DNA from: Eledone cirrhosa | Lineage: Eukaryota | DNA: 64,000 bases | Reading direction: 5' to 3' | NCBI GenBank assembly: GCA_964016885.1 | Contig: OZ024743.1 | Span: 133,238,001-133,302,000 of the forward strand | Part shown: positions 13,001 through 25,312 of the stretch, one piece after another | Layout of the letters: every line of letters begins with the position of its first letter | Numbering within the stretch: the first letter of the stretch is position 1 | Translations under genes and position numbers: made by a program | The notes under the pieces: generated by a model | What the model saw: the letters and a program-made list of their open reading frames with translations, nothing else | The model's database searches: none | What the model was told of the DNA's origin: nothing

Positions 13001-16000
13001 GGTGCTTGGTGCTTGTTGTTTGGTGCTTGGTGCTTGGTGATTAGTGTTTGGTGCTTGGTGCTTGGGGCTTGGTGTTTGGTGCTTGGTGCTTGCTGTTTGG
13101 TGGTTGCTGTTTAGTGCTTGGTGTTTGGTGCTTGGTGCTTGGTGCTGGGTGGTTGGTGTTTGGTGCTTGGTGCTTGGTGTTTGGTGCTTGGTGCTTGGTG
13201 CTTGTTGTTTGGTGCTTGGTGCTTGGTCTTTGGTGCTTGGTGTTTGGTGTTTGGTGCTTGGTGCTTGGTGCTTGGTTTTTGGTGCTTGGTGCTTGGTGCT
13301 TGGTGTTTGGTGCTTGGTGCTTGGTGCTTGTTGTTTGGTGCTTGGTGCTTGGTCTTTGGTGCTTGGTGTTTGGTGTTTGGTGCTTGGTGCTTCGTGTTTG
13401 GTGCTTAGTGCCTGGTGCTTGGTGTTTGGTGCTTGGTGCTTGGTGTTTGCTGATTGGTGCTTGGTGCTTGGTGCTTGGTGCTTAGTGCTTGGTGTTTGGT
13501 GTTTGGTGCTTGGTGTTTGGTGTTTGGTGTTTGATGCTTGGTTTTTGCTGCTTGGTGCTTGGTGCTTGGTGCTTGGTGTTCTGTGTTTGGTGCTTGGTGC
13601 TTGGTGCCTGGTGCTTGGTGCTTGGTGCTTGTTGTTTGGTGCTTGGTGCTTGGTGATTAGTCTTTGGTGCTTGGTGCTTGGTGTTTGGTGTTTGGTGTTT
13701 CGTGCTTGGTGCTTGGTGTTTGGTGTTTGGTGCTTGGTGTTTGGTGCTTGGTGCTTTGAGCTTGGTGTTTGGTGCTGGGTGTATGGTGTTTGGTGCTTGG
13801 TGCTTGGTGCTTGGTGTTTGGTGTTTGGTGCTTGGTACTTGGTGTTTGGTGTTTGATGCTTGGTGTTTGATGCTTGTTGCTTGGTGCTTGGTGTTTTGTG
13901 TTTGGTGTTTGGTGCTTGGTGTATGTACTTGGTGCTTGGTGCTTGGTGTTTGGTGCTTGGTGTTTGGTGTTTGGTGCTTGGTGTTTGGTACTTGGTGCTT
14001 GGTGCTTGGTGTTTGGTGCTTGGTTCTTGGTGTTTGGTGCTTGGTGCTTGGTGCTTGGTGTTTGGTGCTTGGTACTTGGTGCTTGGTGCTTGGTGTTTGG
14101 TGTTTGGTGCTTGGTGTTTGGTACTTGGTGCTTGGTGCTTGGTGTTAAGTGTTTGGTGCTTGGTGCTTGGTGTTTGGTGCTTCGTGCTTGGTGCTTGGTG
14201 TTTGGTGCATGGTGCTTGGTGTTTGGGGCTTGGTGCCTGGTGCTTTCTGTTTGGTGCTAGGTGCTTGGTGCTTGGTCTTTGGTGTTTGGTGCTTGGTGCT
14301 TGGTGCTTGGTGTTTGGTGCTTGGCGCTTGGTGCTTGGTTATTAGTGTTTGGTGCTTGGTGCTTGGGGTTTGGTGTTTGGTGCTTGGTGCTTGGTGTTTG
14401 GTGTTTGCTGTATGGTGTTTGCTGTTTCGTGTTTGGTGTTTGGTGTTTGGTGTTTAATGCTTGGTGCTTGGTGTTTGGTGTTTGGTGTTTGGTGCTTGGT
14501 GCTTGGTGTTTGGTGCTTGGTGCTTGGTGCTGGGTGTTCGGTGCTTGGTGCTTGGTGTTTGGTGCTTGGTGCTTGATGCTTGGTGCTTGGTGTTTGGTCC
14601 TTGGTGCTTGGTGCTTGGTCTTTGGTGCTTGGGGTTTGGTGTTTGGTGCTTGGTGCTTGGTGTTTGGTGCTTGGTGCTTGGTGCTTGGTGTTTGGTGTTT
14701 GGTGCTTGCTGCTTGGTGCTTGGTGTTTGGTGCTTGGTGCTTGCTGTTTGGTGTTTGGTGTTTGGTGCTTGGTGCTTGGTGTTTGGTGTTTGGTGTTTGG
14801 TGTTTGGTGTTTGGTGCTTGGTGCTTGGTGTTTGGTGCTTGGTGTTTGGTGCTTGGTGTATGTACTTGGTGCTTGGTGCTTGGTGTTTGGTGCTTGGTTC
14901 TTGGTGTTTGGTGCTTGGTGCTTTGTACTTGGTGTTTGGTGCTTGGTGCTTGGTCTTTGGTGCTTGGTGTTTGGTGTTTGGTGCTTGGTGCTTGGTGTTT
15001 GGTGCTTGGTGCCTGGTGCTTGGTGTTTGGTGCTTGGTGCTTGGTGTTTGGTGATTGGTGCTTGGTGCTTGGTGCTTACTGCTTGGTGTTTGGTGTTTGG
15101 TGCTTGGTGTTTGGTGTTTGATGCTTGGTGCTTGGTGCTTGGTGCTTGGTGCATGGTGTTCTGTGTTTGGTGCTTGGTGCTTGGTGCTTGTTGTTTGGTG
15201 CTTGGTGCTTGGTGATTAGTCTTTGGTGCTTGGTGCTTGGTATTTGGTGTTTCGTGTTTCGTGCTTGGTGTCTAGTGTTTGGGTTTTGGTGTTTGGTGCT
15301 TGGTGCTTAGTGTTTGGTGTTTGGTGCTTGGTGCTTGGTGTTTGGTGTTTGGTTCTTGGTGTTTGGTGCTTGGTGCTTGGTGCTTGGTGTTTGGTGCTTG
15401 GTGCTTGGTGTTTGGTGCTTGGTGTTTGGTGTTTGGTGCTTGGTGTTTGGTACTTGGTGCTTGGTGCTTGGTGTTAAGTGTTTGGTGCTTGGTGCTTGGT
15501 GTTTGGTGCTTCGTGCTTGGTGCTTGGTGTTTGGTGCATGGTGCTTGGTGTTTGGGGCTTGGTGCCTGGTGCTTTGTGTTTGGTGCTAGGTGCTTGGTGC
15601 TTGGTCTTTGGTGTTTGGTGCTTAGTACTTGGTGCTTGGTGTTTGGTGCTTGGTGCTTGGTGCTTGGTTATTAGTGTTTGGTGTTTGGTGCTTGGCGCTT
15701 GGTGTTTGGTGCTTGGTGCTTGGTGCTTGGTGTTTGGTGTTTGGTGCTTGCTGCTTGGTGCTTGGTGTTTGGTGCTTGGTGCTTGGTGCTTGGTGTTTGG
15801 TGCTTGGTGTTCGGTGCTTGGTGCTTGGTGCTTGGTGCTTGGTGTTAGGTGTTTGGTGCTTGGTGCTTGGTGTTTGATGTTTGGTCCTTGGTGCTTGGTG
15901 TTTGGTGCTTGGTGCTTGGTGTTTGGTGTTTGGTGCTTGCTGCTTGGTGTTTGGTGCTTGTTGTTTGGGGCTTGGTGCTTGGTCTTTGGTGCTTGGTGTT

Positions 16001-19000
16001 TGGTGTTTGGTGCTTGGTGCTTGGTGCTTGGTTTTTGGTGCATGGTGCTTGGTGCTTGGTGTTTGGTGCTTGGTGCTTGGTGCTTGGTGCTTGTTGTTTG
16101 GTGCTTGGTGCTTGGTCTTTGGTGCTTGGTGTTTGGTGTTTGGGGCTTGGTGCTTGGTGTTTGGTGCTTGGTGCCTGGTGCTTGGTGTTTGGTGCTTGGT
16201 GCTTGGTGTTTGGTGATTGGTGCTTGGTGCTTGGTGCTTAGTGCTTGGTGTTTGGTGTTTGGTGCTTGGTGTTTGGTGTTTGATGCTTGGTGCTTGGTGC
16301 TTGGTGCTTGGTGCTTGGTGTTCTGTGTTTGGTGCTTGGTGCTTGGTGCTTGTTGTTTGGTGCTTGGTGCTTGGTGATTAGTCTTTGGTGCTTGGTGCAT
16401 GGTATTTGTTGTTTGGTGTTTCGTGATTGGGGTCTAGTGTTTGGGTTTTGGTGTTTGGTGCTTGGTGCTTAGTGTTTGGTGTTTGGTGCTTGGTGCTTGG
16501 TGTTTGGTGTTTGGTGTTTGGTGCTTGGTGCTTGGTGCTTTGTGCTTAGTGTTTGGTGCTGGGTGTATGGTGTTTGGTGCTTGGTGCTTGGTGCTTGGTG
16601 TTTGTTGTTTGGTGCTTGGTACTTGGTGTTTGGTGTTTGATGCTTGGTGTTTGATGCTTGTTGCTTGGTGCTTGGTGTTTTGTGTTTGGTGTTTGGTGCT
16701 TGGTGTATGTACTTGGTGCTTGGTGTTTGGTGCTTGGTTCTTGGTGTTTGGTGCTTGGTGCTTGGTGCTTGGTGTTTGGTGCTTGGTGCTTGGTGTTTGG
16801 TGCTTGGTGTTTGGTGTTTGGTGCTTGGTGTTTGGTACTTGGTGCTTGGTGCTTGGTGTTAAGTGTTTGGTGCTTGGTGTTTGGTGCTTCGTGCTTGGTG
16901 CTTGGTGTTTGGTGCATGGTGCTTGTTGTTTGGGGCTTGGTGCCTGGTGCGTTGTGTTTGGTGCTAGGTGCTTGGTGCTTGGTCTTTGGTGTTTGGTGCT
17001 TGGTACTTGGTGCTTGGTGTTTGGTGCTTGGTGCTTGGTGCTTGGTTATTAGTGTTTGGTGTTTGGTGCTTGGCGCTTGGTGTTTGGTGCTTGGTGCTTG
17101 GTGCTTGGTGTTTGGTGTTTGGTGCTTGCTGCTTGGTGCTTGGTGTTTGGTGCTTGGTGCTTGGTGCTTGGTGTTTGGTGTTTGGTGCTTGCTGTTTGGT
17201 GTTTGGTCTTTGGTGCTTGGTGCTTGGTGTTTGGTGTTTGGTGTTTGGTGTTTGGTGTTTGGTGCTTGGTGCTTGGTGTTTGGTGCTTCGTGTTTGGTGT
17301 TTGGTGTATGTACTTGGTGCTTGGTGCTTGGTGTTTGGTGCTTGGTTCTTGGTGTTTGGTGCTTGGTGCTTGGTGCTTGGTGTTTGGTGCTTGGTGCTTG
17401 GTGTTTGGTACTTGGTGCTTGGTGTTTGGTGTTTGGTGTTTGGTGTTTGGTGTTTGGTGCTTGGTGCTTGGTGCTTGGTGTTAAGTGTTTGGTGCTTGGT
17501 GCTTCGTGTTTGGTGCTTCGTGCTTGGTGCTTGGTGTTTGGAGCATGGTGCTTGATGTTTGGGGCTTGGTGCCTGGTGCTTGGTGTTTGGTGCTTGGTGC
17601 TTGGTGCTTGGTGTTTGGTGTTTGGTGCTTGGTGCTTGGTGTTTGGTGCTTGGTGTTTGGTGCTTGGTGTTCGGTGCTTGGTGCTTGGTGCTTGGTACTT
17701 GGTGTTAGGTTTTTGGTGCTTGGGGCTTGGTGTTTGGTGTTTGGTGCTTGGTGCTTGGTGTTTGGTGTTTGGTGCTTGGTGTTTGGTGTTTGGTGCTTTG
17801 TGCTTGGTGTTTGGTGCTGGGTGTATGGTGTTTGGTGCTTGGTGCTTGGTGCTTGGTGTTTGGTGTTTGGTGCTTGGTACTTGGTGTTTGGTGTTTGATG
17901 CTTGGTGTTTGATGCTTGTTGCTTGGTGCTTGGTGTTTTGTGTTTGGTGTTTGGTGCTTGGTGTATGTACTTGGTGCTTGGTGATTGGTGTTTGGTGCTT
18001 GGTTCTTGGTTTTTGGTGTTTGGTGCTTGGTGCTTGGTGTTTGGTGCTTGGTGCTTGTTGTTTGGTGCTTGGTGTTTGGTGTTTGGTGCTTGGTGTTTGG
18101 TACTTGGGGCTTGGTGCTTGGTGTTAAGTGTTTGGTGCTTGGTGCTTGGTGTTTGGTGCTTGGTGCTTGGTGCTTGGTGTTTGGTGCATGGTGCTTGGTG
18201 TTTGGGGCTTGGTGCCTGGTGCTTTGTGTTTGGTGCTAGGTGCTTGGTGCTTGGTCTTTGGTGTTTGGTGCTTGGTGCTTGGTGCTTGGTGTTTGGTGCT
18301 TGGTGCTTGGTGCTTGGTTATTAGTGTTTGGTGCTTGGTGCTTGGGGTTTGGTGTTTGGTGCTTGGTGCTTGGTGTTTGGTGTTTGCTGTATGGTGTTTG
18401 CTGTTTCGTGTTTGGTGTTTGCTGTTTGGTGTTTAATGCTTGGTGCTTGGTGCTTGGTGTTTGGTGCTTGGTGCTTGGTGCTTGGTGTTTGGCGTTTGCT
18501 CTTTGCTGTTTGGTGTTTGGTGCTTGCTGTTTGGTGTTTGGTGTTTGGTGTTTGGTGTTTGGTGCTTGCTGTTTGGTGCTTGGTGCTTGGTGTTTGGTGT
18601 TTGGTGTTTGGTGCTTGGTGCTTGGTGGTTGGTGCTTGGTGCTGGGTGTTTGGTGCTAGGTGCTTGGTGTTTGGTGCTTGGTGCTTGGTGCTTGGTGCTT
18701 GGTCTTTCGTGCTTGGTGTTTGGTGTTTGGTGCTTGGTGCTTGGTGTTTGGTGCTTGGGGCTTGGTGTTTGGTGCTTGGTGATTGCTGCTTGGTGTTTGG
18801 TGTTTGGTGCTTGGTGCTTGGTGCTTGGTGATTAGTGTTTGGTGCTTGGTGCTTGGTGCATTGTGCTTGGTGCTTGGTGCTTGTTGTTTGGTGCTTGGTG
18901 CTTGGTGATTAGTGTTTGGTGCTTGGTGCCTGGTGCTTGGTGCTTGTTGTTTGGTGCTTGGTGCTTGGTGATTAGTGTTTGGTGCTTGGTGCTTGGGGCT

Positions 19001-22000
19001 TGGTATTTGGTGCTTGGTGCTTGCTGTTTGGTGGTTGCTGTTTAGTGCTTGGTGTTTGGTGCTTCGTGCTTGGTGCTGGGTGGTTGGTGTTTGGTGCTTG
19101 GTGCTTGGTGTTTGGTGCTTGGTGCTTGGTGCTTGTTGTTTGGTGCTTGGTGCTTGGTCTTTGGTGCTTGGTGTTTGGTGTTTGGTGCTTGGTGCTTGGT
19201 GCTTGGTTTTTGGTGCTTGGTGCTTGGTGCTTGGTGTTTGGTGCTTGGTGCTTGGTGCTTGTTGTTTGGTGCTTGGTGCTTGGTCTTTGGTGCTTGGTGT
19301 TTGGTGTTTGGTGCTTGGTGCTTCGTGTTTGGTGCTTAGTGCCTGGTGCTTGGTGTTTGGTGCTTGGTGCTTGGTGTTTGCTGATTGGTGCTTGGTGCTT
19401 GGTGCTTGGTGCTTAGTGCTTGGTGTTTGGTGTTTGGTGCTTGGTGTTTGGTGTTTGGTGTTTGATGCTTGGTTTTTGCTGCTTGGTGCTTGGTGCTTGG
19501 TGCTTGCTGTTCTGTGTTTGGTGCTTGGTGCTTGGTGCCTGGTGCTTGGTGCTTGGTGCTTGTTGTTTGGTGCTTGGTGCTTGGTGATTAGTCTTTGGTG
19601 CTTGGTGCTTGGTGTTTGGTGTTTGGTGTTTCGTGCTTGGTGCTTGGTGTTTGGTGTTTGGTGCTTGGTGTTTGGTGCTTGGTGCTTTGAGCTTGGTGTT
19701 TGGTGCTGGGTGTATGGTGTTTGGTGCTTGGTGCTTGGTGCTTGGTGTTTGGTGTTTGGTGCTTGTTACTTGGTGTTTGGTGTTTGATGCTTGGTGTTTG
19801 ATGCTTGTTGCTTGGTGCTTGGTGTTTTGTGTTTGGTGTTTGGTGCTTGGTGTATGTACTTGGTGCTTGGTGCTTGGTGTTTGGTGCTTGGTGTTTGGTG
19901 TTTGGTGCTTGGTGTTTGGTACTTGGTGCTTGGTGCTTGGTGTTTGGTGCTTGGTTCTTGGTGTTTGGTGCTTGGTGCTTGGTGCTTGGTGTTTGGTGCT
20001 TGGTACTTGGTGTTTGGTGCTTGGTGTTTGGTGTTTGGTGCTTGGTGTTTGGTACTTGGTGCTTGGTGCTTGGTGTTAAGTGTTTGGTGCTTGGTGCTTG
20101 GTGTTTGGTGCTTCGTGCTTGGTGCTTGGTGTTTGGTGCATGGTGCTTGGTGTTTGGGGCTTGGTGCCTGGTGCTTTCTGTTTGGTGCTAGGTGCTTGGT
20201 GCTTGGTCTTTGGTGTTTGGTGCTTGGTGCTTGGTGCTTGGTGTTTGGTGCTTGGTGCTTGGTGCTTGGTTATTAGTGTTTGGTGCTTGGTGCTTGGGGT
20301 TTGGTGTTTGGTGCTTGGTGCTTGGTGTTTGGTGTTTGCTGTATGGTGTTTGCTGTTTCGTGTTTGGTGTTTGGTGTTTGGTGTTTAATGCTTGGTGCTT
20401 GGTGTTTGGTGTTTGATGTTTGGTGCTTGGTGCTTGGTGTTTGGTGCTTGGTGCTTGGTGCTGGGTGTTTGGTGCTTGGTGCTTGGTGTTTGGTGCTTGG
20501 TGCTTGATGCTTGGTGCTTGGTGTTTGGTCCTTGGTGCTTGGTGCTTGGTCTTTGGTGCTTGGGGTTTGGTGTTTGGTGCTTGGTGCTTGGTGTTTGGTG
20601 CTTGGTGCTTGGTGCTTGGTGTTTGGTGTTTGGTGCTTGCTGCTTGGTGCTTGGTGTTTGGTGCTTGGTGCTTGGTGATTAGTGTTTGGTGCATGGTGCT
20701 TGGTGTTTGTTGTTTGGTGCTTGGTGCTTGGTGTTTGGTGCTTGGTGCTTGCTGTTTGGTGTTTGGTGTTTGGTGCTTGGTGCTTGGTGTTTGGTGTTTG
20801 GTGTTTGGTGTTTGGTGCTTGGTGCTTGGTGTTTGGTGCTTGGTGTTTGGTGCTTGGTGTATGTACTTGGTGCTTGGTGCTTGGTGTTTGGTGCTTGGTT
20901 CTTGGTGTTTGGTGCTTGGTGCTTTGTACTTGGTGTTTGGTGCTTGGTGCTTGGTCTTTGGTGCTTGGTGTTTGGTGTTTGGTGCTTGGTGTTTGGTGCT
21001 TGGTGCCTGGTGCTTGGTGTTTGGTGCTTGGTGCTTGGTGTTTGGTGATTGGTGCTTGGTGCTTGGTGCTTAGTGCTTGGGGTTTGGTGTTTGGTGCTTG
21101 GTGCTTGGTGTTTGGTGTTTGCTGTATGGTGTTTGCTGTTTCGTGTTTGGTGTTTGGTGTTTGGTGTTTAATGCTTGGTGCTTGGTGTTTGGTGTTTGAT
21201 GTTTGGTGCTTGGTGCTTGGTGTTTGGTGCTTGGTGCTTGGTGCTGGGTGTTTGGTGCTTGGTGCTTGGTGTTTGGTGCTTGGTGCTTGATGCTTGGTGC
21301 TTGGTGTTTGGTCCTTGGTGCTTGGTGCTTGGTCTTTGGTGCTTGGGGTTTGGTGTTTGGTGCTTGGTGCTTGGTGTTTGGTGCTTGGTGCTTGGTGCTT
21401 GGTGTTTGGTGTTTGGTGCTTGCTGCTTGGTGCTTGGTGTTTGGTGCTTGGTGCTTGGTGATTAGTGTTTGGTGCATGGTGCTTGGTGTTTGTTGTTTGG
21501 TGCTTGGTGCTTGGTGTTTGGTGCTTGGTGCTTGCTGTTTGGTGTTTGGTGTTTGGTGCTTGGTGCTTGGTGTTTGGTGTTTGGTGTTTGGTGTTTGGTG
21601 TTTGGTGCTTGGTGCTTGGTGTTTGGTGCTTGGTGTTTGGTGCTTGGTGTATGTACTTGGTGCTTGGTGCTTGGTGTTTGGTGCTTGGTTCTTGGTGTTT
21701 GGTGCTTGGTGCTTTGTACTTGGTGTTTGGTGCTTGGTGCTTGGTCTTTGGTGCTTGGTGTTTGGTGTTTGGTGCTTGGTGTTTGGTGCTTGGTGCCTGG
21801 TGCTTGGTGTTTGGTGCTTGGTGCTTGGTGTTTGGTGATTGGTGCTTGGTGCTTGGTGCTTAGTGCTTGGTGTTTGGTGTTTGGTGCTTGGTGTTTGGTG
21901 TTTGATGCTTGGTGCTTGGTGCTTGGTGCTTGGTGCATGGTGTTCTGTGTTTCGTGCTTGGTGCTTGGTGCTTGTTGTTTGGTGCTTGGTGCTTGGTGAT

Positions 22001-25000
22001 TAGTCTTTGGTGCTTGGTGCTTGGTATTTGGTGTTTGGTGTTTCGTGCTTGGTGTCTAGTGTTTGGGTTTTGGTGTTTGGTGCTTGGTGCTTAGTGTTTG
22101 GTGTTTGGTGCTTGGTGCTTGGTGTTTGGTGTTTGGTGCTTGGTGTTTGGTGCTTGGTGCTTTGTGCTTAGTGTTTGGTGCTGGGTGTATGGTGTTTGGT
22201 GCTTGGTGCTTGGTGCTTGGTGTTTGTTGTTTGGTGCTTGGTACTTGGTGTTTGGTGTTTGATGCTTGGTGTTTGATGCTTGTTGCTTGGTGCTTGGTGT
22301 TTTGTGTTTGGTGTTTGGTGCTTGGTGTATGTACTTGGTGCTTGGTGCTTGGTGTTTGGTGCTTGGTTCTTGGTGTTTGGTGCTTGGTGCTTGGTGCTTG
22401 GTGTTTGGTGCTTGGTGCTTGGTGTTTGGTGCTTGGTGTTTGGTGTTTGGTGCTTGGTGTTTGGTACTTGGTGCTTGGTGCTTGGTGTTAAGTGTTTGGT
22501 GCTTGGTGCTTGGTGTTTGGTGCTTCGTGCTTGGTGCTTGGTGTTTGGTGCATGGTGCTTGGTGTTTGGGGCTTGGTGCCTGGTGCTTTGTGTTTGGTGC
22601 TAGGTGCTTGGTGCTTGGTCTTTGGTGTTTGGTGCTTAGTACTTGGTGCTTGGTGTTTGGTGCTTGGTGCTTGGTGCTTGGTTATTAGTGTTTGGTGTTT
22701 GGTGCTTGGCGCTTGGTGTTTGGTGCTTGGTGCTTGGTGCTTGGTGTTTGGTGTTTGGTGCTTGCTGCTTGGTGCTTGGTGTTTGGTGCTTGGTGCTTGG
22801 TGCTTGGTGTTTGGTGCTTGGTGCTTGCTGTTTGGTGTTTGGTGTTTCGTGCTTGGTGCTTGGTGTTTGGTGTTTGGTGTTTGGTGTTTGGTGTTTGGTG
22901 CTTGGTGCTTGGTGTTTGGTGCTTGGTGTTTGGTGCTTGGTGTATGTACTTGGTGCTTGGTGCTTGGTGTTTGGTGCTTGGTTCTTGGTGTTTGGTGCTT
23001 GGTGCTTGGTGCTTGGTGTTTGGTGCTTGGTGCTTGGTGTTTGGTACTTGGTGCTTGGTGTTTGGTGTTTGGTGCTTGGTGTTTGTTGCTTGGTGCTTGG
23101 TGCTTGGTGTTAAGTGTTTGGTGCTTGGTGCTTCGTGTTTGGTGCTTCGTGCTTGGTGCTTGGTGTTTGGTGCATGGTGCTTGATGTTTGGGGCTTGGTG
23201 CCTGGTGCTTGGTGTTTGGTGCTTGGTCTTTGGTGGTTGGTGTTTGGTGTTTGGTGCTTGGTGCTTGGTGTTTGGTGCTTGGTGTTTGGTGCTTGGTGTT
23301 CGGTGCTTGGTGCTTGGTGCTTGGTACTTGGTGTTAGGTTTTTGGTGCTTGGGGCTTGGTGTTTGGTGTTTGGTGCTTGGTGCTTGGTGTTTGGTGTTTG
23401 GTGCTTGGTGTTTGGTGTTTGGTGCTTTGTGCTTGGTGTTTGGTGCTGGGTGTATGGTGTTTGGTGCTTGGTGCTTGGTGCTTGGTGTTTGGTGTTTGGT
23501 GCTTGGTACTTGGTGTTTGGTGTTTGATGCTTGGTGTTTGATGCTTGTTGCTTGGTGCTTGGTGTTTTGTGTTTGGTGTTTGGTGCTTGGTGTATGTACT
23601 TGGTGCTTGGTGCTTGGTGTTTGGTGCTTGGTTCTTGGTGTTTGGTGCTTGGTGCTTGGTGCTTGGTGTTTGGTGCTTGGTGCTTGGTGTTTGGTGCTTG
23701 GTGTTTGGTACTTGGTGCTTGGTGCTTGGTGTTAAGTGTTTGGTGCTTGGTGCTTGGTGTTTGGTGCTTCGTGCTTGGTGCTTGGTGTTTGGTGCATGGT
23801 GCTTGGTGTTTGGGGCTTGGTGCCTGGGGCTTTGTGTTTGGTGCTAGGTGCTTGGTGCTTGGTCTTTGGTGTTTGGTGCTTGGTGCTTGGTGCTTGGTGT
23901 TTGGTGCTTGGTGCTTGGTGCTTGGTTATTAGTGTTTGGTGCTTGGTGCTTGGGGTTTGGTGTTTGGTGCTTGGTGCTTGGTGTTTGGTGTTTGCTGTAT
24001 GGTGTTTGCTGTTTCGTGGTTGGTGTTTGCTGTTTGGTGTTTAATGCTTGGTGTTTGGTGCTTGGTGTTTGGTGCTTGGTGCTTGGTTCTTGGTGTTTGG
24101 CGTTTGCTCTTTGCTGTTTGGTGTTTGGTGCTTGCTGTTTGGTGTTTGGTGTTTGGTGTTTGGTGTTTGGTGCTTGCTGTTTGGTGCTTGGTGCTTGGTG
24201 TTTGGTGTTTGGTGTTTGGTGCTTGGTGCTTGGTGTTTGGTGGTTGGTGCTTGGTGCTTGGTGCTTGGTGCTTGGTCTTTGGTGCTTGGTGTTTGGTGCT
24301 TGGTGCTTGGTGCTTGGTGTTTGGTGCTTGGGGCTTGTTGTTTGGTGCTTGGTGTTGGTGATTAGTGTTTGGTGCTTGGTGCTTGGTGCCTGGTGCTTGG
24401 TGCTTGTTGTTTGGTGCTTGGTGCTTGGTGATTAGTGTTTGGTGCTTGGTGCTTGGGGCTTGGTGTTTGGTGCTTGGTGCTTGGTGCTTGCTGTTTGGTG
24501 GTTGCTGTTTGGTGCTTGGTGTTTGGTGCTTGGTGCTTGGTGCTTGGTTTTTGGTGCTTGGTGCTTGGTGCTTGGTGTTTGGTGCTTGGTGCTTGGTGCT
24601 TGTTGTTTGGTGCTTGGTCCTTGGTCTTTGCTGCTTGGTGTTTGGTGTTTGGTGCTTGGTGCTTGGTGTTTGGTGTTTGATGCTTGGTTTTTGCTGCTTG
24701 GTGCTTGGTGCTTGGTGCTTGGTGTTCTGTGTTTGGTGCTTGGTGCTTGGTGCCTGGTGCTTGGTGCTTGGTGCTTGTTGTTTGGTGCTTGGTGCTTGGT
24801 GATTAGTCTTTGGTGCTTGGTGCTTGGTGTTTGGTGTTTGGTGTTTCGTGCTTGGTGTCTAGTGTTTGGGTTTTGGTGTTTGGTGCTTGGTGCTTAGTGT
24901 TTGGTGTTTGGTGATTGGTGCTTGGTGTTTGGTGTTTGGTGCTTGGTGCTTTGAGCTTGGTGTTTGGTGCTGGGTGTATGGTGTTTGGTGCTTGGTGCTT

Positions 25001-25312
25001 GGTGCTTGGTGTTTGGTGTTTGGTGCTTGGTACTTGGTGTTTGGTGTTTGATGCTTGGTGTTTGATGCTTGTTGCTTGGTGCTTGGTGTTTTGTGTTTGG
25101 TGTTTGGTGCTTGGTGTATGTACTTGGTGCTTGGTGCTTGGTGTTTGGTGCTTGGTTCTTGGTGTTAGGTGCTTGGTGCTTGGTGTTTGGTGCTTGGTGT
25201 TTGGTGTTTGGTGCTTGGTGTTTGGTACTTGGTGCTTGGTGCTTGGTGTTTGGTGCTTGGTTCTTGGTTTTTGGTGCTTGGTGCTTGGTGCTTGGTGTTT
25301 GGTGCTTGGTAC
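10085..25312 (+). repeat. Diverged ~5.6-5.9 kb higher-order repeat family, ~2.5 copies with internal gains and losses
   Basis: Matching ORFs and markers are offset by 5799 (10488->16287, ATGTAC 10908->16707), 5938 (12302->18240), 5931 (13044->18975, ATGTAC 13923->19854) and ~5610-5630 (16287->21909, 17485->23114, 18128->23736). Confidence 0.8.
20290..21869 (+). repeat. Local tandem duplication, 783 bp; second copy is 790 bp with one extra monomer
   Basis: TTGGGGT 20294->21077 (783), ORFs 20392->21175, ATGTAC 20861->21651 (790). Confidence 0.88.
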
